From NCBI RefSeq assembly GCF_001194135.2, contig NC_068987.1, positions 76,076,848 to 76,140,847 on the forward strand: 64,000 nt of DNA, in the 5' to 3' direction. Source of the DNA: Octopus bimaculoides (Eukaryota). Under the pieces are notes generated by a model. The model was not told the DNA's origin. It was given only the letters and a program-made list of their open reading frames with translations, and did no database searches. Made by a program: the position numbers and the translations under genes. Shown piece by piece: positions 26,921 through 38,460 of the stretch. The stretch's first letter is position 1; every line of letters starts with the position of its first letter.

Positions 26921-27759
26921 TTATCAAGTTTGATCTTTACAAGCAACAATCCAGGGGCATATTTCGGTTTTATTAGACTTCTTCTTTCGCTAGTGTTAGC
27001 GTAATTATTTCCTGATAGCATTAAAATCCTACCAAGAAATAATTACGCAGTGTAGAACATTGCAAGATTTGCCGCACGTTTCCATATTATTATGACCTCA
27101 GAAGTGATACGCAGACTTGCCGAAGTAAAGTTGTGACATCCAGAAATTAAATCTGAAGAATGATAATATTATTTAGAGAATAAAAGAAAGTTACGGTAAT
27201 CATCACGCTGCTATCTTAACAGAGCTGTTAGCTTAACAACAACAATCAGTAGAGTGAACGCAATAATGCAAAAAAAACAACATTTACAGTAAATATCTCC
27301 AAGCGAAATGACGACGTGATGTCTTGTACGTGACTGTATTAAACGAGTGAAATGACTGAATTTAGTTTCCATTTGCCAGTCAACGATTAGAGTTCTATAT
27401 ATCATCAACATTCTTACTTAATCAATGGCAGTTCTTTTCACATAGATTGCTGCTCACATAATATGACTCTTTCTACACACGCTGCGATGTTCTTACACAT
27501 ACTTCAGCCAGAAAAGCAGAACGCGGTCCTGTTAACACACGGGAGACAGCTCCCTTCTACGCTGGAAATGGATATTCTTGACCTTTCATTTTCTTCAAAC
27601 TGAAGACCCGTTAATACATGACAATATACTGGTATACGGGAGCTACAATGATACACGCGCGCTCTTACATACGCATGAATATATTAAAATCTTCTCAGTG
27701 AAATGGCTTTTATGTAATTTCACCCTTTTATTACAGCTGCGGTTAAGGCGATGAACTGA

Positions 27760-28578
27760 TAAAATCGTTAATTCGCCATCACCTTGTTTTCGAAACGCCC
27801 ATATTTGGCGACAGCTTCCGGAAGTTATTCCTTGCTTAACCACTGATTATACACGTTGGGATTGCGGAAAGGCATCTCCCTCGGATTATTACTTGTTCCG
27901 ATCCATGGCTCACTTCCTGCAGCACATCATCAACCAAGAGGCGGGGGAAGCTTCGGTGAAGGAGTTCTTTGCTTCGAAGGACAAGAACTAGAATCAGCGA
28001 GGATGTTAAAGAACTGGTAGAAAAGTGACTTCAGACAATGCAACACGATGGCCTCTACATTATTCTTTCATACTCTAGGCACAAGGCCCGAAATTTTGGT
28101 GGAGTGGGCCAGTCGATTAGACCAATCTCAGTATGCAAGTGGTACTTAATTTATCGACCCCGAAAGGATGAAAAGCAAAGTTAACCTCAGCTGAATTTAA
28201 ACTCAGAACGTAAAGACAGACGAAATACCTGGCGTGCTAGCGTTTCTTATTTCTTTATTGCCCACAAGGGGCTAAACATAGAGGACACAAACAAGGACAA
28301 ACAAAGGGGTTAAGTCGATTACATCGACCCCAGTGCGTAACTGGTACTTAATTTATCGACCCCGAAAGGATGAAGGGCAAAGTCGACCTCGGCGGAATTT
28401 AAACTCAGAACGTAGCGGCAGACGAAATACCGCCAAATACCCCCCGGCGTGCTAACGTTTCTGCCAGCTCGCCGCCTCTTATGGCCTCTACATTATTGAT
28501 AAGTTGTTTTTGTTGTAACATGACGAATAAAGGAAATGAGTTATCAAAATATTGCAAAACTTTTGACTCAACACAATA
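27760..28578 (+). mobile_element. Internally deleted mariner remnant, interrupted by a SINE B dimer
   Basis: 27865-28060 reads ASPSDYYLFRSMAHFL...EASVKEFFASKDKN...ELVEK*LQTMQHDGLY (mariner C-terminus). TIR-like attgcaaaacttttgactcaacacaata at 28551-28578. Confidence 0.75.
28065..28480 (-). mobile_element. Dimeric SINE family B with 17-bp TSD
   Basis: Two tandem tRNA-like/central units; TSD atggcctctacattatt at 28048-28064 and 28481-28497. Confidence 0.93.
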
Positions 28579-28639
28579 AAACAGAGATTGATTCAGTCAG
28601 TAAGGCATTCCTGTTTGATTTACAAATAGTAATCCTTTA

Positions 28640-28825
28640 TACCACAGGCATAAAATTTGGGGGGTAGTGGATTAGTCGTATATATCGGCCTCAGTACTTC
28701 ACTGGTACTTAATCTTATCGACACTGAAAGGCAAAGTCGACTTCGGCAGAATTTGAACTCAACATAGCTACAAGCGAAATACCATTATGGATTTTTGTCC
28801 AGCGTGCTATCTATTCTGCCAACTC
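28640..28825 (-). mobile_element. SINE family B monomer (decayed)
   Basis: ctggtacttaatcttatcgacactgaaaggcaaagtcgacttcggcagaatttgaactc. Confidence 0.8.
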
Positions 28826-29547
28826 TTATAATTTACAAACAATTTTAAGAAAACATTTTTTTGTCGAAGATCTATAAGGTCTTCCCGTTTGTTTGTGTGA
28901 AATTACGTGTATTAACTTTGTTTCTTGTGGCTTTCTCTTGAAGTATTTCACCCTTGCAGGTTGCAGTTAAAAGTCAAAAGTTGAGAGTATTAACGCAAAA
29001 AAAAAAATAATAATAAATAATAGCTTGTTTATTGTTTTCTTGAGGACAACAAGAAACTATAGCACATGAAAGATGTCAGCCGTCTTAAACCAATCGATGG
29101 GTGGTGTATATACTTAAGTTAACGTGACATTTTAATCTCCCTAACTTTAGCTGATAATATGTCGATTAACGCTACTTAAACTTTAACCTCGTTTAGGAGA
29201 CAGAGATTTTCGTTCAACACACACACACGCATATAGATACACACACACACACACACACACACACGAACATAAATGTGTGAATGTATGTGCGTACGCATAT
29301 ATAATATATACATATATATATATATACACATGCATGTATATAAGCATCTTTTTCCTCTCTTGAAGCCAAAGTCACCTGGTAAATTTCTCTTTCCACTTCA
29401 CTCTATTTCTTCTATAGAAGGCGAGATGAAAATACCACCAAATCGAGCAGTCGCCCGGAGTTTCAAAATAAAAGGGCAAAATTTAAATGAATAAATATAT
29501 GAAATAAACGCTTTATGTCCACATTCAATAAATTATAATAAGCACTT

Positions 29548-30202
29548 GGATCTATTTCAAAACGGGGGCACCAGTATTTTCTTAATGAAACACTAACGAA
29601 ACACTTTGAAACTTGGGACACTGGTAGAATGTGTCATATAAAACATCTTTTACTCTTAGTCTTCTTAACAAAAAAACGTACATCGCAAGTTATTCCATGT
29701 TAAAGTTGTCGTATTTCTGTAATTTCAACCAATCACTGACGTCTATTCAGCTGAATAGAGTTACTGCTGGGCGGTCATAAAAATGTTATTCCCTGTGACA
29801 TATTTCATCCGGTTTAATCGTAATTTATACGCATATATTGTTTATATAATAAATTACGCTGTGCGTATCTATGTGTGTAACAATTTTAGAGTTCGGATTC
29901 TAGAGTTAGGGTTAGTTTTAGGGTTAGGGTTAGGGTTAACAGTCTAGTTAGGGTTAGGGTTAGGGGATTAATATGATATACACCGTTACAGCGCTAACTG
30001 TTTTCAACTGAATAGACGTCAGTGATTAGTAGAAATTATCGAAATAAGACAATTTTTTACATGAAATAAATTCGAATACAAAAGTTTTTTTCTGTTCTAT
30101 AACACAAAATAGATAAGTATACGAAGTTTGAAAGTCTTTCGGTACCAAAAACACTACATAAAACATAAATGAAAACTGGTGCCCCCGTTTTGAAATAGAT
30201 CC
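29548..30202. mobile_element. Foldback MITE with 8-bp TSD (Merlin-like?) containing TTAGGG repeats
   Basis: Perfect terminal IR ggatctatttcaaaacgggggcaccagt (from 29548) and actggtgcccccgttttgaaatagatcc (to 30202). TSD aagcactt at 29540-29547 and 30203-30210. Imperfect arms of about 250 bp. Centre has degenerate (TTAGGG)n at about 29900-29968. Confidence 0.88.
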
Positions 30203-30536
30203 AAGCACTTCACTGATACATCCACAGGTTTTATTTCTAGTGAAAACTTTAAAATATTGTTGTAAGGGCTTCGAATAAGAACAGTTGTCTTAATGTTGGA
30301 TAAGAATACCGCGTAGATTTTGTTCCGAGTATCTGTCTAATTTCTGAGTTCATACAGCACCGAGATCAGCTTTGGCTTTCAATCTTTCGTGTAGATATAG
30401 AAAAAAAAGTACCTGGTGAACTAACTGGCAGAGTTATTGGAACGTCAGATTGGACGCATTACAACATTGTTCCAAATATTTGAGTTTAGGGTTCAAATTT
30501 CGCAATGAGCAGTCGTCATTATCTGTAACTCGGTTT

Positions 30537-30910
30537 GTTGTTGTTGGCATTCCGACGTCGAAGGTTCCAGTTGATCCGATCAACGGAACAGCTTGCTCGT
30601 GAAATTAACGTGCAAGTGGCTGAGCACTCCACAGACACGTGTACCCTTAACGTAGTTCTCGGGGATATTCAGCGTGACACAGTGTGACAAGGCTGACCCT
30701 TTGAATTACAGGCACAACAGAAACAGGAAGAGTGAGAGAAAGTTGTGGTGAAAGAGTACAGCAGAGGTCGCCACCATCCCTTACCGGAGCTTCGTGGAGC
30801 TTTAAGTGTTTTCGCTCAATAAACACTCACAACGCCCAGTCTGGGAATCGAAACCGTGATCCTCTGACCGCGAGTCCGCTGCCCTAATCACTGGGCCATT
30901 GCGCCTCCAC
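30537..30910 (-). mobile_element. Full-length SINE family C (tRNA-derived) with 15-bp TSD
   Basis: Head gtggaggcgcaatggcccagtgattagg (box A) ... ggtttcgattccc (box B); (CAA)n tail; TSD tctgtaactcggttt at 30522-30536 and 30911-30925. Confidence 0.95.
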
Positions 30911-30959
30911 TCTGTAACTCGGTTTAATACTACACATATTGGGAGCGTTTAACAGAATC

Positions 30960-31210
30960 CTCTCTGTTGGTAGCATTCTGGTCATGGCTCTTGCTCGAAG
31001 ATACCTTTCCCCCTATCACCAGCCTCGGAGGCCCTGTAATTGGTCATGAACGCTGTCATCCGCTACGCCCACAGATAAAAGATTTTAACAAATTCAGGTT
31101 GTCTAGGATTGCCAGCAACAGTGGGGCCGGTCCTACCTCTATATTTCCCACTATCAATCTCAGTTGGTTTGGCACCAGAAACACTGGTGCCTTGAATCGC
31201 TTTGCGGATT
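30960..31210 (-). pseudogene. Highly degenerate Ty3/gypsy-like RT fragment
   Basis: Minus frame KAPVFLVPNQLRLIVG...PLLLAILDNLNLLKSFICGRSG*, then TAFMT in a shifted frame; resembles SPxFLVPK..RLxVD / LPxIxDxL / DLxSG / KTAF. Confidence 0.4.
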
Positions 31211-31549
31211 AAACTCTAAATGGTCCATTCTAGGTTAGATAGACCATAACATGTAGGCGCCATGCAATAGGCGTCAGAAGCTAACTTTTTCTTTTATTTC
31301 TTCCGATTCCAACATAGTGAAATTTTCGGATGATATTTCGACCACTCCTATGCGGTGTCAATATACAAAACAAAAACAGCACAGCAGCAATGCCAATGAC
31401 TCAATTAGAAAATCTCAAATAACCAAGTAAACATAACCTAAATATGAGTTAACTTTTAGAGATGAATTCTTAACATTGAAAATATTGTCCCTTTTCTTAA
31501 AGGGTTGATAACATTTGCTGCAGGATTTTGTGCTAACTAATACATGTTT

Positions 31550-31742
31550 CTACTTTACACAAAATGCTAGCAACTTGAGTGAGGAGTTAAACATCGATGT
31601 CGACCTGAATATGTGACCGATACTTTATTTTATTGACCTCGGAGGGATGAAATGCAAAGTTGACCACAGTGGCATTTGAATACAGAACTTAAAGAGCCAG
31701 AACAAGTACTGCATAGCCATTTTGTCTCACGCTATAACGCAA
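31550..31742 (-). mobile_element. SINE family B monomer (old)
   Basis: tactttattttattgacctcggagggatgaaatgcaaagttgaccacagtggcatttgaatacagaac. Confidence 0.7.
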
Positions 31743-32381
31743 ATTATTAGTGCGAGTCATCAACAAAAAAAAAAGAAACTCAATGGCCCTTATCGAGCCA
31801 TAGGTTCATAAGACCGGCATAAGAACACAATGAGTCACCCGCTCCAGGAATCGGAACCACAATCTTGCGACCATTAGTGCTCACTCATTCTAACTACAAA
31901 GCCACGCGTCTCCACAACGCGTATTATACTGGCCAAAAATTGTGCACAACTATTTATATATAAGATTATTTATGCAAACCAGTCACCAGGTTAGCTAGAC
32001 TAGGGTATCTCATGAGAGCGTATAGAACGAAACTACTCGGTAGTTATCCTTTAGCTGCAAAGAAAAATTATGCTTTCTTCTCTTCAGTCATGTTTGTTAT
32101 TAACATAAGATTACACCTGCAAGTTTTAAAGTTAGTGTCCTTTTTATTTGAAAGTTGCTAACAATTGAGATATTTCCATTAATTAGAAAGTTTTTGCGAA
32201 CCAGCATTCACTATATCAGCCTTTAAATCAATTATGCTGATTCATATTATTCACCCTTTGAGATTTATGAAATCGGCACTTTTTCATTTGCAATTAAATC
32301 ACATACAGCTATTTCTTTGTCTGCGCACACTCATACAAACGCACACAGACATACTTATACTCATACGCATATATACGCAAG

Positions 32382-32420
<39 letters not shown>

Positions 32421-32421
<1 letters not shown>

Positions 32422-32560
32422 AGCTTGCTTCCCAACCACATGGTTCCTGGGTCAGTCCCACTGCGTGGCACCTTAAGCAAGTGCCTTCTACTATAGCCTC
32501 GAGCCAACCAAAGATTTATGAGTGGATTTGGTAGACGGAAACTGGAAGAAGCATGTCATG
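32421..32560 (+). mobile_element. SINE family A 5' half, followed by (TA)n and a gap
   Basis: aagcttgcttcccaaccacatggttcctgggtcagtcccactgcgtggcacc...gtggatttggtagacggaaactg. Confidence 0.9.
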
Positions 32561-32914
32561 CATATATATATATATATATNNNNNNNNNNNNNNNNNNNNN
32601 NNNNNNNNNNNNNNNNNNNNNNNNNNNNNNNNNNNNNNNNNNNNNNNNNNNNNNNNNNNNNNNNNNNNNNNNNNNNNNNNNNNNNNNNNNNNNNNNNNNN
32701 NNNNNNNNNNNNNNNNNNNNNNNNNNNNNNNNNNNNNNNNNNNNNNNNNNNNNNNNNNNNNNNNNNNNNNNNNNNNNNNNNNNNNNNNNNNNNNNNNNNN
32801 NNNNNNNNNNNNNNNNNNNNNNNNNNNNNNNNNNNNNNNNNNNNNNNNNNNNNNNNNNNNNNNNNNNNNNNNNNNNNNNNNNNNNNNNNNNNNNNNNNNN
32901 NNNNNNNATATATT

Positions 32915-33110
32915 CATATATATTGAGAATTTACAAAAAAAAAACACGAAGACGGGTGTGTAAACAACAAAGAGATGTATTAGTTTAACGCTCGGGAACT
33001 GAGAAAGTCTTTTACGTTTCGAGCCTACGCTCTTTGACAGAAAGGAACACAGAAATAAACAGGGAGAGAAAATAGAAAAAAGGTTTAGTGGCTGGCGATC
33101 TATCATGGCG
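32915..33110 (-). mobile_element. Putative Penelope-like LTR remnant with hammerhead-like motif
   Basis: Minus strand ccttt-ctgtcaa-a-gagc-gtag-gctc-GAAA-cgta-aaag at 33008-33045; homologous to 46740-46870; abuts (TA)n. Confidence 0.6.
33008..33045 (-). ncRNA. Minimal hammerhead-ribozyme-like motif (non-canonical core CUGUCAA)
   Basis: Stem I cttt/aaag, stem II gagc/gctc, GAAA, palindromic ACGU stem III, GUA putative cleavage triplet. Confidence 0.45.
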
Positions 33111-33505
33111 AATGCCGGACAGAGGGGTCACACAGGAGAGCTAGGAAGAAGGGGAGATAATAAAGTAGTGAAGGTGCGCGTGCGTGTGTATGTCAGAGCG
33201 TGTATGTGCGTGTAAAAGGGGGCTGGTGACATTGACGTGTGCGTGTGTGCATGTGTAGGTGTGTGGATGATAGAGTAGTTGCTGGGAAGTGGTCAGTGCT
33301 AGTGTGTGAGGGGTGGTGTGATATGGTGTGTGGTATGGTGGTGTGTGGTGTGGTGATGTTGGAGTATGGGGTGTGTGGAGGAGGCGAGAGTGGGGGGAGC
33401 AAGAGTGGGGTCTAAGGGATGGGGTGGGAGTGGGATGGGATGCATAGCGATGGTGATATATACATATGTATGTATGTATGTATGTATTCACATATATATG
33501 TAGGG

Positions 33506-33555
<50 letters not shown>

Positions 33556-33644
33556 CATATATATATACGAAGGCGTATATATATTTTCATATACATATGT
33601 GTAGGTATATATATGTGTGCGTATACGTGTGTGTGTGTGTGTGC

Positions 33645-33646
33645 AG

Positions 33647-33710
<64 letters not shown>
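33645..33710. repeat. (GATA)n microsatellite
   Basis: Read directly from the sequence. Confidence 0.97.
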
Positions 33711-34868
33711 CATACAGAGGTATGTATGCATGTAACAATGATGAAGATTGGTGTACTAGCGTAGTAAATATCAAACGAAATATATTCTTGATGAAAGTAA
33801 TCTTCGCTTCAGAAGAAAGTAAACAAACACCTAGCAGTAAACGCGACCGACTCCGAATGAGAAGTCTAGATAATTTCAAAGAAGCAGAAATCTTCGGAAT
33901 TAGCATGCCTTTAGGTTACAAACTGTTTATTTAATTAATTAATTATCTTTCATTTTCTAGAGACAAGATGTCACCTACGCACGCGTGTTTCTGTCTCAAG
34001 TAACGTTATTAGGGCAGTAATTATTATATTTCGACTCTATCAAGACATAACACGAATACGTATATGAATGAGCTGAGGAAAATGATGGCCTTTGACTAGA
34101 GCAGAGTTTCCACTGTTACAAACTTTACAGCGAAGCGATCTGGGACTAAATTCTTCCCATCTTCCCAAGACTTTTGAAGACCCTGAAAGAAAAAGGGTTG
34201 TAGAAACTCTCCTTGACTAATCAGCAAAAAGAATGTTTGCGTGCGTGCATGTGTGTGAGTGTGTATGTATGTGTCTGTGTGCGAGTGTGTGTATGCGCGT
34301 GTATATATGTGAGTGTACTTGCACGTGTGTGTATGCGTGTGTATGTGAGTGTACTTGCACGTGTGTGTACGCGTGTGTATGTATGTGGGTGCCTATGAGT
34401 ATCTCTGTGTGTGTTTGTGTGTGTGACATTTAACGGTTAAATGGTAATGCTTGAGTGTGGGGCTCAATGCAGCCATTTCATCACAAATTATTTTTATTAT
34501 TTTAAATTCATCTTTCATTTTTCATTCGTTTTATGTTTTTTGTTCCTACTGTTGCGTTTTGTCTGTCCTTGTGCTGTCCCTCTATGTTATGGCCGTAGTG
34601 CCAAATAAAGAAAAGGTATTAGTTCGAGTTGAGTTCGTAGTGAAGTCGGAAGGTGTCGATTGGTTAGTTCGTTTGGAATATTGATTGTTTATTCGTGAAG
34701 AGATTATTGGATCGTTACATTGTTCTTACGGCTGCGTCGTTATCTTGTTTACTGTTACAACACAGATACAGTGTATCTAAACTGTCTGTCACAATATCGT
34801 GGCGGAACCACCACATTTGGAGACGGAAGATACAACAGTATGTGAACATGTATGTATAAACAGATACA

Positions 34869-36152
34869 TATGCAAATACGTAAATAAAATAATGAGACTT
34901 TTGCAGTAAGCACTTTTATTTATAACTAAGCTATAAATCAACTCATTCTCCTTAAAAATAGTTCCTTTGGGAAGCCAAAGAACACCCAAAATGTTGTTAC
35001 CACTCTTCACAGCAATACTGGAACTCAGCCTTACACTGGTCGGTTGCAGCCTATTTTTTGTGTTTTCTAACAAGCCAAAACTTTGATAAAATGAGGTGAA
35101 TTTTCAGTCTCGGAAAGAGAAAGAAGTCACATGGATCCAAGTCAGGCGAATAGGGGGCTGAGGGACAACAGGGATTAATTGTCGTGCCCAAAACTCTGTA
35201 ATCGGAAGTGCCGTGTGACAAGATGCATTGTCGTGATGCAACATCCAGGTATCTTTGATGTTGCTTGCCTCACGCAAGCAAACCGTTTGCGCAACCTTTC
35301 AAGAACCTCGCGGTAAAAATGCTAATTGACCATCTCACGAATTCTTTATGAACGACTCCATTGGTGTCAAAAAAGCAAATGAACATGGCTTTGATTTTCG
35401 ATTTGCTCATTCTCGCTTTTTTCCGCCTCGGTGAGTTTGCAGTCTGCCGCTCCAGATTGGCGTTTTATTTCTGGGTCATACTCAAAAACTCATGATTCAT
35501 CACCCGAAATGATGTTTGTAAGAAAATCTTGGTCATTTTCAATTCGTTCCAGGAGATCATAGTACACTTCCTTTCTGTCATCCTTTTGCTCAGGAGTGAA
35601 ATTTGGAGCGACGAATTTCGCAGAAATTTTCCTTATTTCCAGTCCATTGGAAAAACCTAATGAACAGTACTATGGGTCAAATTCAGTTTGTCTGCAATGA
35701 ATCTGATGGTTAACGGGTGGAAATATCGCACGTGGTCTCTGATTCGTTCCACATTGTCATTTCTTGAAGTTGATGGCCTTCCTGACCGAGGAATATTTTC
35801 AACGGATTTTCGGCCTTCTAAACTAAAAAGGTTTCGAACTATCTGAAAACTTGTACTCTTGATAAAGCAGTCTCCCTGTAAGCTTGTTTGAAGTTTCAGC
35901 GGCATTGTGTCCGTATTTGAAACAAAACGTCATAGCAGAGCCTTGCTGGTGTCCGCTCAATTTCAGGACACACAAAACAAAATCATTTTGCGAAACGTGC
36001 ATTCACAGAAGACCTGTTAATGCCACGTGGTTGTTGCTTGAACTGAACTTATAGGAAACATTGATGCGGCAACACCGTGAAAGAGAACCTTGCAGTGTTT
36101 CCAGATCAAACACTATGAGACTAGTCTCATTACTTCATTTACAGACTTCGTA
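34869..36152 (-). mobile_element. Near full-length (about 1.28 kb) decayed mariner transposon with TIRs
   Basis: Minus strand: RSGRPSTSRND...IRFIADKLNLTHSTVH; IISGDES*VFEYDPEIKRQS; WMLHHDNASCHTA...PQPPYSPDLDPCDFFLFPRLKIHL; EFQYCCEEW. TIR agtctcattacttcatttacagacttcgta (36123-36152) versus gtaaataaaataatgagact (34880-34899). Confidence 0.92.
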
Positions 36153-36649
36153 CAAACGCGTATTTACATATATGTATGTATGAACGTGTATACATGTAAG
36201 AATTTAAGTATATATATATANNNNNNNNNNNNNNNNNNNNNNNNNNNNNNNNNNNNNNNNNNNNNNNNNNNNNNNNNNNNNNNNNNNNNNNNNNNNNNNN
36301 NNNNNNNNNNNNNNNNNNNNNNNNNNNNNNNNNNNNNNNNNNNNNNNNNNNNNNNNNNNNNNNNNNNNNNNNNNNNNNNNNNNNNNNNNNNNNNNNNNNN
36401 NNNNNNNNNNNNNNNNNNNNNNNNNNNNNNNNNNNNNNNNNNNNNNNNNNNNNNNNNNNNNNNNNNNNNNNNNNNNNNNNNNNNNNNNNNNNNNNNNNNN
36501 NNNNNNNNNNNNNNNNNNNNNNNNNNNNNNNNNNNNNNNNNNNNNNNNNNNNNNNNNNNNNNNNNNNNNNNNNNNNNNNNNNNNNNNNNNNNNNNNNNNN
36601 NNNNNNNNNNNNNNNNNNNNNNNNNNNNNNNNNNNNNNNNNNNNNNNNN

Positions 36650-36858
36650 CAGGTATACACGTGTATACATACACACATATATGTACCCGCACGTTAATGT
36701 ATTACATATTTGCATATGTATGTATTTATATATACATGTATATATACATATATTTATACTTCCATTCTTACAGGTATACACGTGTATACATACACACATA
36801 TATGTACCCGCACGTTAATGTATTACATATTTGCATATGTATGTATTTATATATACAT
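36650..36858. repeat. 121-bp-period tandem duplication next to a gap
   Basis: caggtatacacgtgtatacatacacacatatatgtacccgcacg... at 36650 and 36771. Confidence 0.85.
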
Positions 36859-38344
36859 GTTCACGTACACACATAATCACTGGTGAATGGTGGGAAGAGA
36901 AACTATATGAAAAAGGAAACGGCGCGCTTTTTATCTAGATTAAAATCAATGAATGAAATCACAGGTGTTTCAAGGTAAAAACCAGACAGAAATACATTAG
37001 ATTGAATTCAAGTGTATGTAACAAGTTTATTTAAGAATGGAAGATAAATTACACAGTAAAATAGACAAATAAGCGAAAGCACGCGACCTCACAGGCAGAC
37101 ACACGCCCGCAAACACGCACATGCACATTGTCAAAAATGTACACCTGGCTACAGAGATATAGATAGGTATATATGGGCGAATAAACACACGAAGACACGC
37201 GTGCAAATATGGGAAAAGCTTGGAAAAAAATTTTGTGAAATGTGCATGGATACATTTAAGCATGCATGCGTACATACAGATACACGTGCGAGCGCATGTA
37301 CACACACATGTATTTAAAGATAAATTCATCGAGCATAAAATAGTATGTAAGTCATACAAAATATTATAGTACACCTCACCTGAGAATAATACATACAAAT
37401 GTATGTGCATGTGTGTGTATTTGTGTGTGTGTATATGAGTGTGTGTGCACATATATACACATACATATACATACATACATACATACGTGTATATATATAT
37501 ATATATATATNNNNNNNNNNNNNNNNNNNNNNNNNNNNNNNNNNNNNNNNNNNNNNNNNNNNNNNNNNNNNNNNNNNNNNNNNNNNNNNNNNNNNNNNNN
37601 NNNNNNNNNNNNNNNNNNNNNNNNNNNNNNNNNNNNNNNNNNNNNNNNNNNNNNNNNNNNNNNNNNNNNNNNNNNNNNNNNNNNNNNNNNNNNNNNNNNN
37701 NNNNNNNNNNNNNNNNNNNNNNNNNNNNNNNNNNNNNNNNNNNNNNNNNNNNNNNNNNNNNNNNNNNNNNNNNNNNNNNNNNNNNNNNNNNNNNNNNNNN
37801 NNNNNNNNNNNNNNNNNNNNNNNNNNNNNNNNNNNNNNNNNNNNNNNNNNNNNNNNNNNNNNNNNNNNNNNNNNNNNNNNNNNNNNNNNNNNNNNNNNNN
37901 NNNNNNNNNNNNNNNNNNNNNNNNNNNNNNNNNNNNNNNNNNNNNNNNNNNNNNNNNNNNNNNNNNNNNNNNNNNNNNNNNNNNNNNNNNNNNNNNNNNN
38001 NNNNNNNNNNNNNNNNNNNNNNNNNNNNNNNNNNNNNNNNNNNNNNNNNNNNNNNNNNNNNNNNNNNNNNNNNNNNNNNNNNNNNNNNNNNNNNNNNNNN
38101 NNNNNNNNNNNNNNNNNNNNNNNNNNNNNNNNNNNNNNNNNNNNNNNNNNNNNNNNNNNNNNNNNNNNNNNNNNNNNNNNNNNNNNNNNNNNNNNNNNNN
38201 NNNNNNNNNNNNNNNNNNNNNNNNNNNNNNNNNNNNNNNNNNNNNNNNNNNNNNNNNNNNNNNNNNNNNNNNNNNNNNNNATATATATATATATACATAA
38301 ATTTAATTATTTCAAGGGCCTATAATCCTTTAAGGGATGTTTGC

Positions 38345-38460
38345 ATCTTAGTCTGTGGAGTACTCAGCCACTTGTACGTTAATTTCACAAGCATGCTGTT
38401 TGGTTGGTTGGATCAACTGGAACCCTCATCGTCGCAACCGACGGAGTACCAGTTTAGTTC
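38345..38460 (+). mobile_element. SINE family C 3' tail fragment
   Basis: tctgtggagtactcagccacttgtacgttaatttcacaagc...ggatcaactggaaccctcatcgtcgcaaccgacggagtacca. Confidence 0.85.

Noticed and set aside
27419-27530. Possible minus-strand exon between gtgtgttaacag and gtaaga donors
   Set aside because: All three frames hit stops before the best donor, and the alternative 26-32 nt exons are unsupported.
28065-28480. Repeated ctggtacttaatttatcgaccccgaaaggatgaa units resembling a CRISPR-like array
   Set aside because: These are SINE dimer internal repeats with homologous intervening sequence; the context is eukaryotic with no cas genes.
29900-29968. TTAGGG repeats as a true telomere or chromosome fusion scar
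   Set aside because: They are short, degenerate, single-orientation and enclosed within a TIR/TSD-bounded MITE.
30830-30910. tRNA-like sequence with box A/B (also the heads of SINE A and B copies)
   Set aside because: It continues into a SINE body with a tail and TSD and has no complete cloverleaf acceptor stem, so it is not a tRNA gene.
33412-33934. Overlapping ORFs 33722-33934 (+) and 33412-33906 (-)
   Set aside because: They have no recognisable domain, lie partly in microsatellite and show no clear splice signals.
36650-36858. 121-bp tandem duplication as a minisatellite of functional interest
   Set aside because: It is low-complexity, adjacent to a gap and probably part of a collapsed TA-rich tandem array.
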